Shown here: positions 17,418 to 32,769 of the stretch, in pieces
Numbering within the stretch: position 1 is the stretch's first letter
Layout of the letters: each line of letters starts with the position of its first letter
Assembly: GCA_964016885.1 (NCBI GenBank)
Contig: OZ024740.1
Location: forward strand, 67,642,001 to 67,706,000
DNA from: Eledone cirrhosa
Taxonomy: Eukaryota
DNA: 64,000 nt
Reading direction: 5' to 3'
Notes under the pieces: generated by a model
Seen by the model: the letters and a program-made list of their open reading frames with translations, nothing else
What the model was told of the DNA's origin: nothing
The model's database searches: none
Translations under genes and position numbers: made by a program

Positions 17418-17478
17418 TTTCATTCTTATGACTGAAAGCAAATTTTATTTACTTTCAAGAAACCACTGGTAAATGAAA
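17418..17478 (+). ncRNA. Decayed type I HHR (G5 changed to U)
   Basis: tttcatt-CTTATGA-c-tgaaag...ctttca-a-GAAA-ccactgg-TA-aatgaaa; 7-bp stem I. Confidence 0.65.
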
Positions 17479-17776
17479 TAATTATCTTACGTTGTTTATT
17501 ACATAACTAATAAGCTATGTAACGTACCTAGAGCACCTTTTTTTCCTGGAAGTTTACGACGGAATTACTTCAATCATTTATTACATATATATATATATTT
17601 TTATATATATTATATATATATATATTATATATATATATATTTTATATATATTTTTTATTATATATATATATTTTATATATATATATATCTTTTGTATATA
17701 TATATTTTACATATATATATTTCATATATATACGTATATATATGTACATATGTATGTGTGTGTGTATATAAATATG

Positions 17777-17838
<62 letters not shown>

Positions 17839-17878
17839 AATATATATCCAGGGGGTGTAACTAGGAGTTACTATATAC

Positions 17879-17970
<92 letters not shown>

Positions 17971-18222
17971 GTACATATATATATATATAGAGAGAGAGAG
18001 AGAAAGCTGGAGGGAGAGAGGTGGAGGGAGAGAGGTGGAGATGAATTAAATAAGTACAATAATAAATTAGATAACCTTATACATAGTCACAAAGTTTACA
18101 GATGTGTACGCAGTCGTATTTGAACAGCTTATGTTAAGTTATTCTCGTCAGCATTTATTTTTACGCAAACACATAGTTGCACACAGGCGCGCGCACTCAC
18201 ACTTAAATAGTCACACAGACAC

Positions 18223-18291
<69 letters not shown>

Positions 18292-18343
18292 TATGTATAT
18301 ATATATATATATAAATATATATATAAATATGTGTGTGCGTGTG

Positions 18344-18417
<74 letters not shown>

Positions 18418-18649
18418 TGAATACACAAAACATTGAGCAAGATTTATTTAAATGTCACAGGATGATTATGTAAATAAGATAGTTGGTCATTTTACTTAGA
18501 GACCTTTCGGATTACTTGAATTCCACTAGTTTCTTCGTACAGAAATAATATCATGACATTTTCAACTTGGCATCATCCTCGTCTTTAGACTGATTGATGT
18601 TTTATTGGTAAATTACTAACACCACGTTCCTACGAAGTAAAGGTATTTA

Positions 18650-18761
<112 letters not shown>

Positions 18762-19052
18762 AGAATCTAAAATATGAAACTAACATGCAAAACAAAAATT
18801 GGTGACGATTGCCACCAGGATCATGAACGTTCAGTTATATTTCCTAAAGAACAAACGATGATAATAATTGCCAGTGGAACAACAATATATAGCATCTAAA
18901 TCAACTGAGTAACTAAAAGGAAACAAGATAAAGCTGAAAATTTATTTGTATTGACATTTGTAGCAAACGTAGTAAATAAGGAGAAAGACCAATGCCTCAG
19001 AAAAAAAAAATATATATATATATATGTATATGTGTATATATATGTATATGTG

Positions 19053-19102
<50 letters not shown>

Positions 19103-19222
19103 TATATTTATATGTATATGTGTATATATACGTGTATATATACGTGTATATATGTGTATATATGTGTATATATACGTATATGTGTATATATAGATATATA
19201 CACATATAAATATATATGTATA

Positions 19223-19282
<60 letters not shown>

Positions 19283-19653
19283 GCCTATTGGGTCGTTGGA
19301 GAAAATTAACTTTTCGAGAACTGTATACTTCCTTTACGCTATCGCATGAAACGCATTGCTTCAGTTTAAATGCTTGACATGTCTGAGGTTATCAAGGAAT
19401 ATTACCTGCACTATAAAATTGACCACGTTTAAAAGACCTCACGGAAATTACCTAAGGGATTAGGTTACCTTCCTGAGAGCAAAACAACAGCTATCACATA
19501 AAGAAAAACAATAATATGGGAAAGAGAGAGTGAGAGAAGAGTGGGCATGAGTGAAGGGAAGATCGAGAGGGATAAAGGGTGAGAGGAGGGGGGGTAGAGA
19601 TGTAAGACTCGATCTGTAAAGGAGATAATTATCCCGCCCTACTTTACAATACG

Positions 19654-19720
<67 letters not shown>

Positions 19721-20109
19721 ATATATGCATACATTTACATATGTGTAAGTCTGTCTCTGTGTGTGTGTCAGTCTGTGAATAGCCACCACATCCTAACCTT
19801 CTGTAAGTTACTCTCTCACAAATGTGTTAGAACTCATTAGTAACGAGCTCATGAAGTGAGTGACCCACTACATACCTACTAAATATCATTGACACAGAAA
19901 AATGCCTATTGGCGTGCGATGGGTTCAAATTAATCCGGTTCTCATTGGATCACCTTAAAAGATTGTATGAAGTAATATGAATTATAATAAAGTCGACGGG
20001 GTAACATTTTTGTCTAACCACTAATGACATTTCAATTATATCAAGATGATGTTGTTCACTAACAGTTTTGATGAGTGTATGTATGTATGTATGTATGTAC
20101 ACATACACA

Positions 20110-20173
<64 letters not shown>

Positions 20174-20176
20174 TAA

Positions 20177-21015
20177 ACGGAAAAAATGAAATGAAATTTC
20201 ATTTCCCACTCTTAGTACGGCTGTTACTTAAATATAAGTATGTATACGTACATACATAAATGTATACAGACGTACAGTAGTATGTATATATATATAGATA
20301 CATGCACACACACATATATATATGTACGTATGGATTCACCAAACATTTATTGTAATGCTCGGTGTGTTTGTAAACAAACATCCCGTATTAAGCTGTAGTG
20401 TCTAGCAACCACCGTTGATCGTTTGTTCAACACTGACAAAGGAACGCTGTATTAGTTTCAAGCTTGTTAGCTATCGTCAGCAACGTATACCTTCCTTCCA
20501 TACTTACATATATATATGTGGGCATGTATGTATATATATATATATACATACTACTGTACGTCTGTATACATATATGTATGTACGTATACATACTTATATT
20601 TAAGTAACAGCTTTAATAAGAGTGGGAAATAAAATTTCGTTTCATTTTTTCAGTTTATCGTTTTCGGTGCACCCGGCCGATTAACCCAGTCGATATGCAA
20701 ATTGGGCTACTCAGCCGTTACTATGCATAAGGAAAGTATATACTTTAGGACGTTCAACCATCTGGCAGGAAGGTATACGTTGCTGACGATAGCTAACAAG
20801 CTTGAAACTAGTACAGCGTTCCTTTGTCAGTGTTGAACAAACGAGCAACGAGGGTTGCTAGACACTACGGCTTAATACGGGATGTTTGTTTACAAACACA
20901 ACGAGCTTTATAATAAATGTTTGGTGAATCCATACGTACATATATATATATGTGTGCATGTATGTATATATATATACATACTGCTGTACGTCTGTATACA
21001 TATATGTATGTACGT
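20177..21015 (+). mobile_element. Retrozyme-like family A: inverted partial copy followed by about 1.2 direct units (period ~434 bp)
   Basis: 20177-20498 is inverted relative to 20500-21015; homologous to 7681-8352. Confidence 0.8.
20777..20819 (+). ncRNA. Minimal type I HHR, intact core
   Basis: acgttg-CTGACGA-t-agct-aaca-agct-t-GAAA-ctag-TA-cagcgt; predicted cleavage after 20813; inverted copy at about 20444-20486. Confidence 0.9.
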
Positions 21016-21070
<55 letters not shown>

Positions 21071-21136
21071 CATGTATGTATATATATGAGTGTATAAGTT
21101 TTTATGTGGGCATTTATATATATATATATGTATATG

Positions 21137-21178
<42 letters not shown>

Positions 21179-21333
21179 TATATATGTATATATATATATA
21201 TAGAATATCTTTATATATGTATATCTATACATATAGATGCATATATATGTATATATATATATATATATATATGTATATAAATATAAATACATATATATAT
21301 ATAGGTATATATATAGAATGAGATACATATATA

Positions 21334-21374
<41 letters not shown>

Positions 21375-21408
21375 CTATTTATAGATACATATATATATAT
21401 ATATATAT

Positions 21409-21612
21409 AACGAAGGAAATGTGGTAAGGAACCAGGTGGACCATAACGCACCAAAGTACTCAATACTTAGGGTAGTAGAGTGGGTAATAGGAACAAGTAA
21501 GACCCCGACGGCTGAGCTCAACCCGTTTCGACGACTAATTCTGTACGCAAATTCTGTACAGAATTAGCCGTCGAAACGGCTTGAGCTCAGCCATCGGGGT
21601 CTTACTTGTTCC

Positions 21613-21613
<1 letters not shown>
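21409..21613 (-). mobile_element. Foldback pLTR element (family of 13988-14180)
   Basis: Palindrome 21488-21613; minus-strand arm reads GAAAcgggttgagctcagccgTCggggtc. Confidence 0.8.
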
Positions 21614-21650
<37 letters not shown>

Positions 21651-21664
21651 GTATAAATATATAG

Positions 21665-21776
<112 letters not shown>

Positions 21777-22094
21777 GTATATATGAACTGGCGCGAAATT
21801 TATTATACTTTTTGACCAACCAATCAAATTACTTCTCTAAAAACCTGGCGTTTCGAGCCACTTTTTCCACATAAAACAAGTAACATTGAAAGACCAACCA
21901 GATGTGAGAAAAACCACACACTCTCCATCTCAACTATACTTTTGAAAAGCAGAAATGCGTAACCGGTAAAGTAAAAAAATAAATATATTTATTTAAAAAA
22001 AAAGAAGTCTCAAGTTGCATTTTTGATGTCAGCTTTTTTTCTTTATACACGTGTAGGACACCTCGGTTATTTTTCCTTTTCTAAAAAGAATCAC

Positions 22095-23030
<936 letters not shown>

Positions 23031-23031
23031 T

Positions 23032-23520
23032 TATTTATTAAAATAACAGATTAAAGTTTAAGCAAAGAATCGCTGCTTTCACCCTTAACGGGATCTTCTG
23101 AAACTAACAAAGTCAATCTGTAAACGCAGAAGTGCATATTTAAAAAAACGTTGCAACCGGAGGAAGACAGGAAGACGATACTTTGGTTCGTGGTAACGTT
23201 CGCTGGCAAAGAACAGGAAAAAACGAATATAATACGTCATTAATAGGAGCGGTGAAAAATAATTACTCGCAAAGACAGCGAACGTTTCTACGAACCAAAG
23301 TATCATCTTCCTGTCTTCCTTCGGTTGCAATGTGTTTTGAAATATCCACTTCTGCGTTCACAGATTGACTTTGTTAGTTTCAGAAGATCCCGTTACGGGT
23401 GAAAGCAGCGATTCTTTGCTTAAACTTTAATCTGTTATTTTAATAAATATTTGCTCTACGGTTCTTATATATTTGATATATATTTTTCCTTATCGAGCCC
23501 TCTTTGGATTTTAGTCTTCA
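23032..23520 (+). mobile_element. Foldback element with ~170-bp arms and HHR-like motif at 23376-23426
   Basis: 23032-23205 is the reverse complement of 23277-23449; agttt-CAGAAGA-t-cccg-tta-cggg-t-GAAA-gca...tgc-TT-aaact. Confidence 0.75.
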
Positions 23521-23533
23521 AATTTATTATTAT

Positions 23534-23595
<62 letters not shown>

Positions 23596-24318
23596 ATACA
23601 TATATATGTTTATAGTATTAAGGATACTATTTATGTTTATGCATATACAAAAACCTTTTGTAGTTATATATATTTTTACAAACCCTAAATAGTGATAGAT
23701 AGTAATATATTACTACCCTTTTACCAGTAAGTTAAATAGCTCAATGTAATAACATTAGTTGTTTTACAGAGCAGTTATATATAAGTTATAAGAATCAAAG
23801 TTCTCTATTAATGAATTCAAAACTAGTAATAACATTATTGTACATGCGGATAAAACTAATAACGTATACAGCCTAGATTATAATACTTATAGAAAGTTTA
23901 TATATAATGAACTACATAAAAGCTACAAGAAAACTACCATGAAAAACTTAGAAGATATTAATATAGAGGGTTATAATATAGTGTCTAAACTATGACTTCA
24001 GAGGCATACACAACCATATACCCCAAACCCCCCATAGATTCTCTCTGAAGGACCATATGGAGGACTTCATTAGCAGCCCCACGATTAGACTTATCTGCCC
24101 TTCCAAGTCTGACATTGGCATTATCAGTAAGAAAATTTTAGATAAAATCATCCCACATATTAAACACAAGATATAAACAATGGGAAAATACGGGTGAAGT
24201 TATTGAATGGTTCAAAGATATCAAGGATAACAAGGACAAAAAATGTATTCAATTTGATATCAATTCATACTACACCTCTATTTCCCCTATCCTATTAAAC
24301 AAGGCACTAATCCTGGCC

Positions 24319-25170
24319 ATGAACAATAGCCACCTGACTAGAACCCAGATTGATGTCATTCTTGCGGCCCGTAAAACTGTAATCACGTTTGAAGACCAAT
24401 TATGGACCCGCAAGGATACGCACAACAACTTCGACATAACCATGGGGTCTAGTGACTCGGCCCAGGTCACTGATTTGGTCGGCCTATACTTACTTAATGA
24501 AATCCATAAGGACCTTCCATACCTCAACGGTGGTTTGTACCCCGATGATGCACTTCTACTTATAGAATATAAAAAATTCAATATAGAAAGAACTAGAAAA
24601 CTAGTGCACAGGATATTCAAAAACTATAACCTTAGTATCTCCATGGACAAAAACACTAAAAACGTTAACTTCCTAGACGCCACCCTTTACCTAGACTCAA
24701 AGATATATACACCTTTCCATAAACCTAACGAAAAACTCATTTACGTTGATACCAAGTCTAACCACCCTAGATCAATATTAAACTCTATCTCTAAGGGGGT
24801 ATCCAATAGAATCTCTAATCTATCCTATGACGCAAACATATTTAGCAAAAACTCGCAATATTATAATCAAGCATTAGCTAGATCTGGCCATATTATAGAG
24901 ATTGAGTTCCTACCTACGAAAACACATAGCTACAACATTATCTCGCACAATATGTCCATGAGGAAACCTAGTAATAAGAATAGCAATCACACACACACTA
25001 AAACGGTGGATGCTATCAAAAGTAACCCACACCACAGAAACTACCATAGTACCTTAAGAGGAAACAACACACCAGACATAACAAATAAAAATAGAAGAAG
25101 AGATAATACATTTTACAACCCTCCTTTCAACCTAAACGTCTCTACCAACATACCTAGTGCTTTCTTCTAA
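24319..25170 (+). pseudogene. PLE reverse transcriptase/thumb fragment
   Basis: 283-aa ORF with YPDD (from YRDD); stops and frameshifts on both sides. Confidence 0.9.
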
Positions 25171-27387
25171 CTACTAGATAAAAACTTCCCTCCAGGACAC
25201 AAGTACCATAACCTTTTAAACAAAAATACTATTATAATCTCCTACTCTCCGACGCCTAACATAGCATACCACATAGCTAGTAGCAATAAAAGAAAAATTA
25301 ATTCTTACTTCCAACAAACTAAATCGCAACAGGGGGTAAACCTTCAAAATAACTTTATAGCAAGTAACCCTAATAACGGCAGTAATAGTAGTAATAGCAC
25401 TAGTATAAGCAAAAACACCGGGGACGACAAACCCCATATCCAAAATCCTATAGCTACCACCCGGACCTCTACACAACATTTTAACCAACAGACTAACACC
25501 CAGAATAATTGTAACTGTAGAGCAAATAGAATCTGCCCTTTAGATAAAAATGCTTAATCAAGGATATCATATACTCATGCACCGTCACAACTAGCAACTC
25601 TTCAGAAACCTATGTAGGCTCCACTTCTAACTGCTTCAAAACCAGATACAATTCGCACATCCACTCGTTCAAAAAACACAGTCTAGCCAACTCCACCTCA
25701 CTATCTAGCTACATACACTATCTAAAAACTAAAAATAAATCTTACACACTTAAATGGGAAGTGATAGGTAGCGCGACTTCGTACAAACCACCTAATAAAT
25801 GTTGTAACCTCTGTCTACTAGAGACCCATACTATTATCTTCTCTAACCATAACCTACTTAACCAAAAATCTGAGTGTTCGCGTCTTACCAGCACCGCTTC
25901 CGACATTCCTTCCAAAACTCTAAACCCAATATATAGCAATGTTAGACTTTAACCAGGCACCACCTCTAGCATCAAACCCAAGCGCACACCTTATACCACA
26001 TCCCCACACTCATTGATCCAATATAACACAAATAGTGACATCCCTTTAGAACCCTTTACAGTAGGAATACCCTTTTGTGCATCTACTTTCGGTGTGACTG
26101 CCTTCAATTGCTCGGACTACATTACACCACTGTATAGTTAATGTAAAATTTAAACATTGAATTGATTGTACTGTTGGTGTTCTGTGGATGGAGTGCCATC
26201 GTTCGATAAGTGGAAGACTAATTAATTTAGTAACATTGATGAGCTATATAACCTTTATGCTGAGAGCAGTGAATGAAATGCAAGTGGCGTATGAGTTGTA
26301 CATATATGTATTAATTGATGGTCGGATTAGTGACATGGTAAGTGAGGATTGACCTCTGGTCTACCCTAGTGATAGTTAACTTTGACATCCAATCTGACAT
26401 GCACTGACCCAGAGTTTACCAGGAATTATTATATATAGAAGTGATTCTATAATAACCCTGCCAGGATCTACGAGTAGACTACAATTGCAATGATCATTGA
26501 TTTGGAGATCTGGCTCTTCGTGTGAAATATTCAATTGTGGCACTCTATAATGGAAGATAATCACCCTAATATGAACACCTTTAATACTTCTTGATAGACT
26601 ACATTATAGATAGGACACTTTACATTTTTAGAAACTGTATATAACCATATAAGATAGGGACTCTTGTGAGATAACATTTAATGTATATATAGTTTCAGAA
26701 ATCAGTGAGTTACCTCCCCTCACGCATTAACTCCCCTTAGTCACACACACACTTCCGGAAAATAATACGATGTTGATTCTCGCAACTTAAACAACCTGCT
26801 ATATTGGACTAAAGATCAACAAACTATGATACTCTAACAGAATCATCAAACGTCCAATATTGAATCGTCGTGGATTAAGTGAGGGGCATATCATCTAAAT
26901 ATTACGCACTCCGGACTGTGAAAATGGTGCTGTACATGAAAACCATATCATCGCTTCGCTACACATTTCTAATATTTTTAATATTTATAATATTTCTCTA
27001 CACAGAAGCTTCTATAACATTCATATAAAAGATACATTACCAGTTCAACCCCATTAATACTCTTGATTGCCCGCTTAAGTGTTTGTATTACATGTAACAC
27101 CCTGCCGCACTATAGTATTATATAAATAAGTCACACGTGCTTGCCACACGTGTAACTATTTCACACACTAACTGCTTCTGACTATCCTATCGCATTAATC
27201 TCATGTTGTATTTTAACTTTTATTTTTAATTTTATCCTCTTTTGACATGAATGTAATCTTTAAATGTATACTTCCACGCTAAATGTTATAATGGATGTAG
27301 ACCCACCAAGCAACAATATTTGCATATGTATCTGTATGTCTCTTGGGTTGAAAAGGAGGTCATATATGTGATCATTCATTAATAAAT

Positions 27388-27434
27388 TGCTCCGAAGAAT
27401 CCAAACCTCTGTTTGGAGAAAACAATTGTAAGCA
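27388..27434 (+). ncRNA. Decayed minimal HHR at the Naiad 3' pLTR
   Basis: tgct-CCGAAGA-a-tccaaac-ctct-gtttgga-gAAAA-caattg-TA-agca. Confidence 0.7.
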
Positions 27435-27528
27435 TATAAATGATTTGAACAGAACTTTGATTCTTATAACTTATATATATTTATATATACATATACATAT
27501 TTATATATACACATACATATTTATATAT

Positions 27529-27644
<116 letters not shown>

Positions 27645-27864
27645 TTATAAAACATAAGAAGAAAGAAGAATACTGCGTGGTTTGCACATGGGTTACATAT
27701 GATAAAAATAGTTCTTCGTCAGTGATTTTCCAACCATCACTGGAATATCATCGCATTAAAAATAAGACTCCAGTTGCATTTTTGATTTCATCTTTTTTTC
27801 TTTATACACGTGTAGGAGACCTCGGTTATTTTTTATTTTGTAAAAAGACTCACTTTCTAATATA

Positions 27865-27942
<78 letters not shown>

Positions 27943-28083
27943 TATATGCATCTATATATACATACATACATATATATATGTATCTCTATATATATATATA
28001 TTTATAGGTATATATATATATATGTGTATCTATATATATGTATATATATAGATACACATATATATATGTATATATAGATACAC

Positions 28084-28114
<31 letters not shown>

Positions 28115-28119
28115 AATAC

Positions 28120-28154
<35 letters not shown>

Positions 28155-28161
28155 TAAATAC

Positions 28162-28194
<33 letters not shown>

Positions 28195-28197
28195 TAA

Positions 28198-28256
<59 letters not shown>

Positions 28257-28352
28257 TATACATATAAATACATACATATGTTTATATATACACATACATA
28301 TTTATATATGCATACATATTTATATATGCATATACATATTTATATATATACA

Positions 28353-28412
<60 letters not shown>

Positions 28413-28451
28413 GATACACACACACACACACACACATATATACATATATAT

Positions 28452-29071
28452 AAACATGAGAAGAAAGAAGAATACTGCGTGGTTTGCGCATGGGTTACAT
28501 ATGATAAAAATAGTCCTTCGTCAGTGATTTTCCAACCATCATTGGTATACCATCGCATTAAAAATCAGATACCTCAGGTTGGTGCGAGCAATAATCTAAA
28601 AAAAGTTATCGGGACCAGTAATCGCGTAAAGCGAGGGAGACACGTGAACAACCTAGAAGGATAAAAACAAACCAAAGAAAGGAAATAAACAAGCAACATG
28701 GTATTCCTGGTCTGCATAATCTGGGTAGATTTCAAAAGCGAAAATTAAAGACGTTCGACCTGAGTGAGATGTAAGCAAGAAGAGGCCCACTGTTGGCCAA
28801 ACGGGAGGAAGTGAGAAGCGGAGAAACAGAGAGTGAGTGAGTGGAAGTGCGAGGAAGCGGTCAGTCGAGAGAAAGTGTAACTGACAGAGGGGGCGAAAGA
28901 AGGTGAGAGAAACAGAGAGAGCGAGCAAGCAGTAAGGGAGAAACAGACAAACGCAGCCGAGGTAAATATATATAAAAAAACATGAGAAGAAAGAAGAATA
29001 CTGCGTGGTCTGCACATGGGTTACATATGATAAAAATAGTCCTTCGTCAGTGATTTTCCAACCATCATTGG

Positions 29072-29072
<1 letters not shown>
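28452..29072. mobile_element. Partial tandem non-coding element (period ~526 bp)
   Basis: 28452-28552 repeated at 28978-29072; further copies at 27655-27760 and as a palindrome at 43983-44086. Confidence 0.65.
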
Positions 29073-29162
<90 letters not shown>

Positions 29163-29536
29163 GTCTGTTTTGTGTTTATGAATGTAAGTAGGTAGGAAGG
29201 TAGGAAGGTATGTACGCAGATGAGTCATTTACAGATGTTTACTGCTGAATGGTGTGATTTTGGTGCTTAGTTAAACGTTTATTACTTTCTTTCTTCTCTC
29301 TTTCTTCTTTCTATCTTTCTTTATTTTAGTCACCATTTTAGTTTGTCCGCACGTCAAAGAATACTATACAAATAGAAGTCATTTCTGGAGACATTTACGG
29401 GGTGACAAGATCAATTTGTAGAATAGAATATCACAGAGACATTTTTTCCTACATATCTATTCCGTAGAACGGCGATTATCCTCTTTATTATTGCCTCTTT
29501 TCCCTTCGAGTATTCATTTACAATGACTCACGTTCT

Positions 29537-29584
29537 ATGCAAATTAGTCTGCCCACTACTAATTTTCATAGAAAAAGCATATAA
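29537..29584 (+). promoter_or_regulatory. Putative snRNA-type promoter: octamer ATGCAAAT plus TATA-like box 43 bp downstream
   Basis: Repeated at 30008; same arrangement with 42-bp spacing in family A at 20695/20737 (+) and 8085/8043 (-). Confidence 0.5.
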
Positions 29585-29630
29585 CGATATGTGCTTTTAC
29601 GATTCTCTAGAGAAGCCGGAAGATGGGTAT

Positions 29631-29673
29631 ATATTGCTGATGAGATGTAATAACATCGAAACTAGTTCAATAT
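29631..29673 (+). ncRNA. Minimal type I HHR
   Basis: atattg-CTGATGA-gatgt-aata-acatc-GAAA-ctag-TT-caatat. Confidence 0.9.
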
Positions 29674-30102
29674 TCCTGTCTGGCTCTCTGGAGAATAGAG
29701 GAAATGTGTTTCCTTGAAAACCCGTATGACTCTAAAACTCGGTTTGTATGTTTGGTTACATACAGACTAGCTGGACACTCACAGTAAAGTGTCCAGTGAA
29801 AAACTCAGTACATGTACATATGTATACATGTGTGTATTTATATGCATACTAGTATTTCAGTATACATATGTAGATGTACACTTTTAACTTAATTGTTTAA
29901 GCGTCAGTCATACAAAAGTGAGTTAGAAGCGAAACGAAATTTAATTTCGTTTCGTTATTTGTTTTTATCGTTTCCGCTGAACCGGTGCGTACAATGACTC
30001 ACGTTCTATGCAAATTAGTCTGCCCACTACTAATTTTCATAGAAAAAGCATATAACGATATGTGCTTTTACGATTCTCTAGAGAAGCCGGAAGATGGGTC
30101 AT

Positions 30103-30143
30103 TATTGCTGATGAGATGTAATAACATCGAAACTAGTCCAATA
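30103..30143 (+). ncRNA. Minimal type I HHR with canonical GUC site
   Basis: tattg-CTGATGA-gatgt-aata-acatc-GAAA-ctag-TC-caata; predicted cleavage after 30138. Confidence 0.93.
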
Positions 30144-30487
30144 TTCCTGTCTGGCTCTCTGGAGAATAGAGGAAATGTGTTTCCTTGAAAACCCGTATGA
30201 CTCTAAAACCCGGTTTGTCTGTTTGGTTACATACAGACTAGCTGGACACTCACAGTAAAGTGTCCAGTGAAAAACTCAGTACATGTACATATGTATACAT
30301 GTGTGTATTTATATGCATACTAGTATTTCAGTATACATATGTAGATGTACACTTTTAACTTAATTATTGATATATTATTATTATGGTTGTTGCTACTATT
30401 ATCTTTTCAAGATGATATTTTCATCATGCATACTATCTATACTTACAAACATTCACACACACTCCTCACACACACAAGCAAACACAT

Positions 30488-30536
<49 letters not shown>

Positions 30537-30947
30537 CGACAGTCGATCAACATTCGTCAAATTGGACCGAGGAAACAATGTTTCCAAGGGTCTTTCCAAT
30601 TGCTAATAATATTTATCGGTCACAACTCCAGCAACGTGAAATAAAGGGTCTTGCCTAAGGACATAACACATTACTTATATAAATGGATGCAATATATATA
30701 TGTGTGTGAATGTGTGTGTGCTCGTGTGTGAATATGTTTGTGCGTGTGTGTTTATTTTATATAGAATACATTTTTGCTGGATGAGAAACACTTCATTCAT
30801 ATGTCCTGAGGATTTAAGGTGAGGGAAGCCTTTCAATCCTGTTGACATCATTTATTTATAAAATATAGATGCTTATACTCTACCAAACTATTGAGTACTT
30901 TCTTTAACTTTGGTTCCCCATCTATACGGTCTCTTTAGAAAATCTAC

Positions 30948-31073
<126 letters not shown>

Positions 31074-31606
31074 AGGGAGAGAGAGATACAGAGGTAGAGA
31101 GAGATATACAGAGGTAGATAGAGAGATACAGAGGTAGACACAGAGAAGGAGAGAAAGAGACCAAGACAGAGAGAGTGAGAGTTAAAGAAAGAGAGAGAAT
31201 AGGAAATGCGACTTTCGGCATAGATGATAAAAAATTTGTATTAATATAACTGTGATGCATATTCCAATGTTTATCATGGCTACCTGATGTTTTAAACACA
31301 CAACCAGCCATGAGTTATCATCCGACAGCATCGCATGTAATAAGATGATGTTTCATGATGCGGTGTAGTCTGATCATGGGCAACAAGGAATTCGCCTATG
31401 AAAACATGATTTATGTCCGTTCACATATCTTTACATTGGATCTCCTACTCCAACTAAGTACACCTAACTATATAATCCAATGTTTCCCTCATGTTTTTTA
31501 AAGACGGTAGAGTGTAATTTGACGGTTATTTGTCTGACCTTTTTCGCAGATAGGGCTTCTTTATAAAAGTTTCATCAAAAGCTTCTCAAATATATTATAT
31601 AATGAA

Positions 31607-31798
31607 TAATTGTTTCTAGTGTTGGCATAAGGCCAGTAATTATTCCAGTGTATTACTGGTACTTTATTTTATCGACCCCGTAAGGATGAAAGGCAAAGTT
31701 AACCTCGGCGGGATTTGAACTCAGAATGGCAAGGGCCGTAACTCTATGCGTCAAAGCATGGCGTCCGACTCTCTACCGATACTGCCAATCCACCTCCC
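31607..31798 (-). mobile_element. tRNA-derived SINE
   Basis: Same family as 9715-9904. Confidence 0.92.
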
Positions 31799-32121
31799 TG
31801 CCAATATATTGGATAATGCTAGCTAAGTTGTATCAATAGAAAAGCACAACGACAGTTAAAGACATCAGGTACTAAAATTACAGGCATACAAATCACCCAA
31901 AAATAGCAATAAGGACTGCAGTGCCAACAGCAACAAGAGCACACAATATCAAAGACGGCCATGTGGATCTAAAAAATCATTCGAATTTGTAAAATTCCAA
32001 AATATATAAAATATACAAAAACGGTGGACAGCAGGGAAATGACTCCATGTATGTCTAATCGAGAATGTTGGGACAGTCTTCCATTAATTGGAAGCAGCGG
32101 AAATTGCTACTGCTGCTGCTC

Positions 32122-32157
<36 letters not shown>

Positions 32158-32281
32158 AACATGCCATCATTATCAAGCGTTTTATTGGGCCAAAACTAAG
32201 CTTACGAGAATGGGAACGGCTTAGAACCCGTAAATGCAATGGAATCAAATTCTAGATTCCAAGCAATCGAAATTGCAAAAT

Positions 32282-32343
<62 letters not shown>

Positions 32344-32769
32344 ATCAGGGTTGGCTCCTGTGTATTTAGCGCCCAAAGCTATCGACATACTCCGAAATAA
32401 GAACATTTCAACGTACTGATTAACCAGCTGGCAAATCTAGTTTTTGACACTTAATGATTTGACCGTGCTAAGAAAATGATAAAACCTGCATATTCTGCTG
32501 CACTGTCCTCATCATTCCACACGCCATCATGTCATAATCATAACACTATACGCCTGTGCACACCACTTTAAAACTTTCCACAATCTTGCTACACAGCAAA
32601 TCTGTTTACCAATTAATTCATTGGGTGCAGCCATGTATTGTAGGATAAAATTACATAAAAATAAGAAAACATTTAATATTTAGTCAAACATAAAGAAAAA
32701 GAAAGTAGCATTGCAAAATATTATTCATGAGAGGAGACAAGAATTATTAAATAATGAAAGAAATGGGGA

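Larger units (their letters stand above)
23610..27470 (+). mobile_element. Naiad-type Penelope-like retroelement, near full length, pseudogenised
   Basis: Broken ORF about 23800-25890: ADKTNN, LKDH..F...P.IRLI.PSKSDIG.ISK, IQFDI, FDITMGSSDSAQVTDLVGLYLL, GLYPDD, NFLD, NPPF, CNC..CPL, IIY..YVG (GIY-YIG), CNLCLLE; ends in an HHR; 5' boundary approximate. Confidence 0.92.
29519..30365 (+). mobile_element. Retrozyme-like family B: 471-bp unit, about 1.8 near-identical tandem copies
   Basis: 29519-29894 repeated at 29990-30365; one HHR per unit. Confidence 0.88.

Noticed and set aside
23990-23997. In-frame TGA in the first Naiad as possible selenocysteine (some Naiads are selenoproteins)
   Set aside because: Not at a Cys position, the copy has other stops and frameshifts, the Cys motifs use normal codons in all three copies, and I saw no convincing SECIS
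29523-30188. Duplicated 64/67-aa ORFs
   Set aside because: They overlap the promoter-like motifs and HHR of the 471-bp repeat; no coding features
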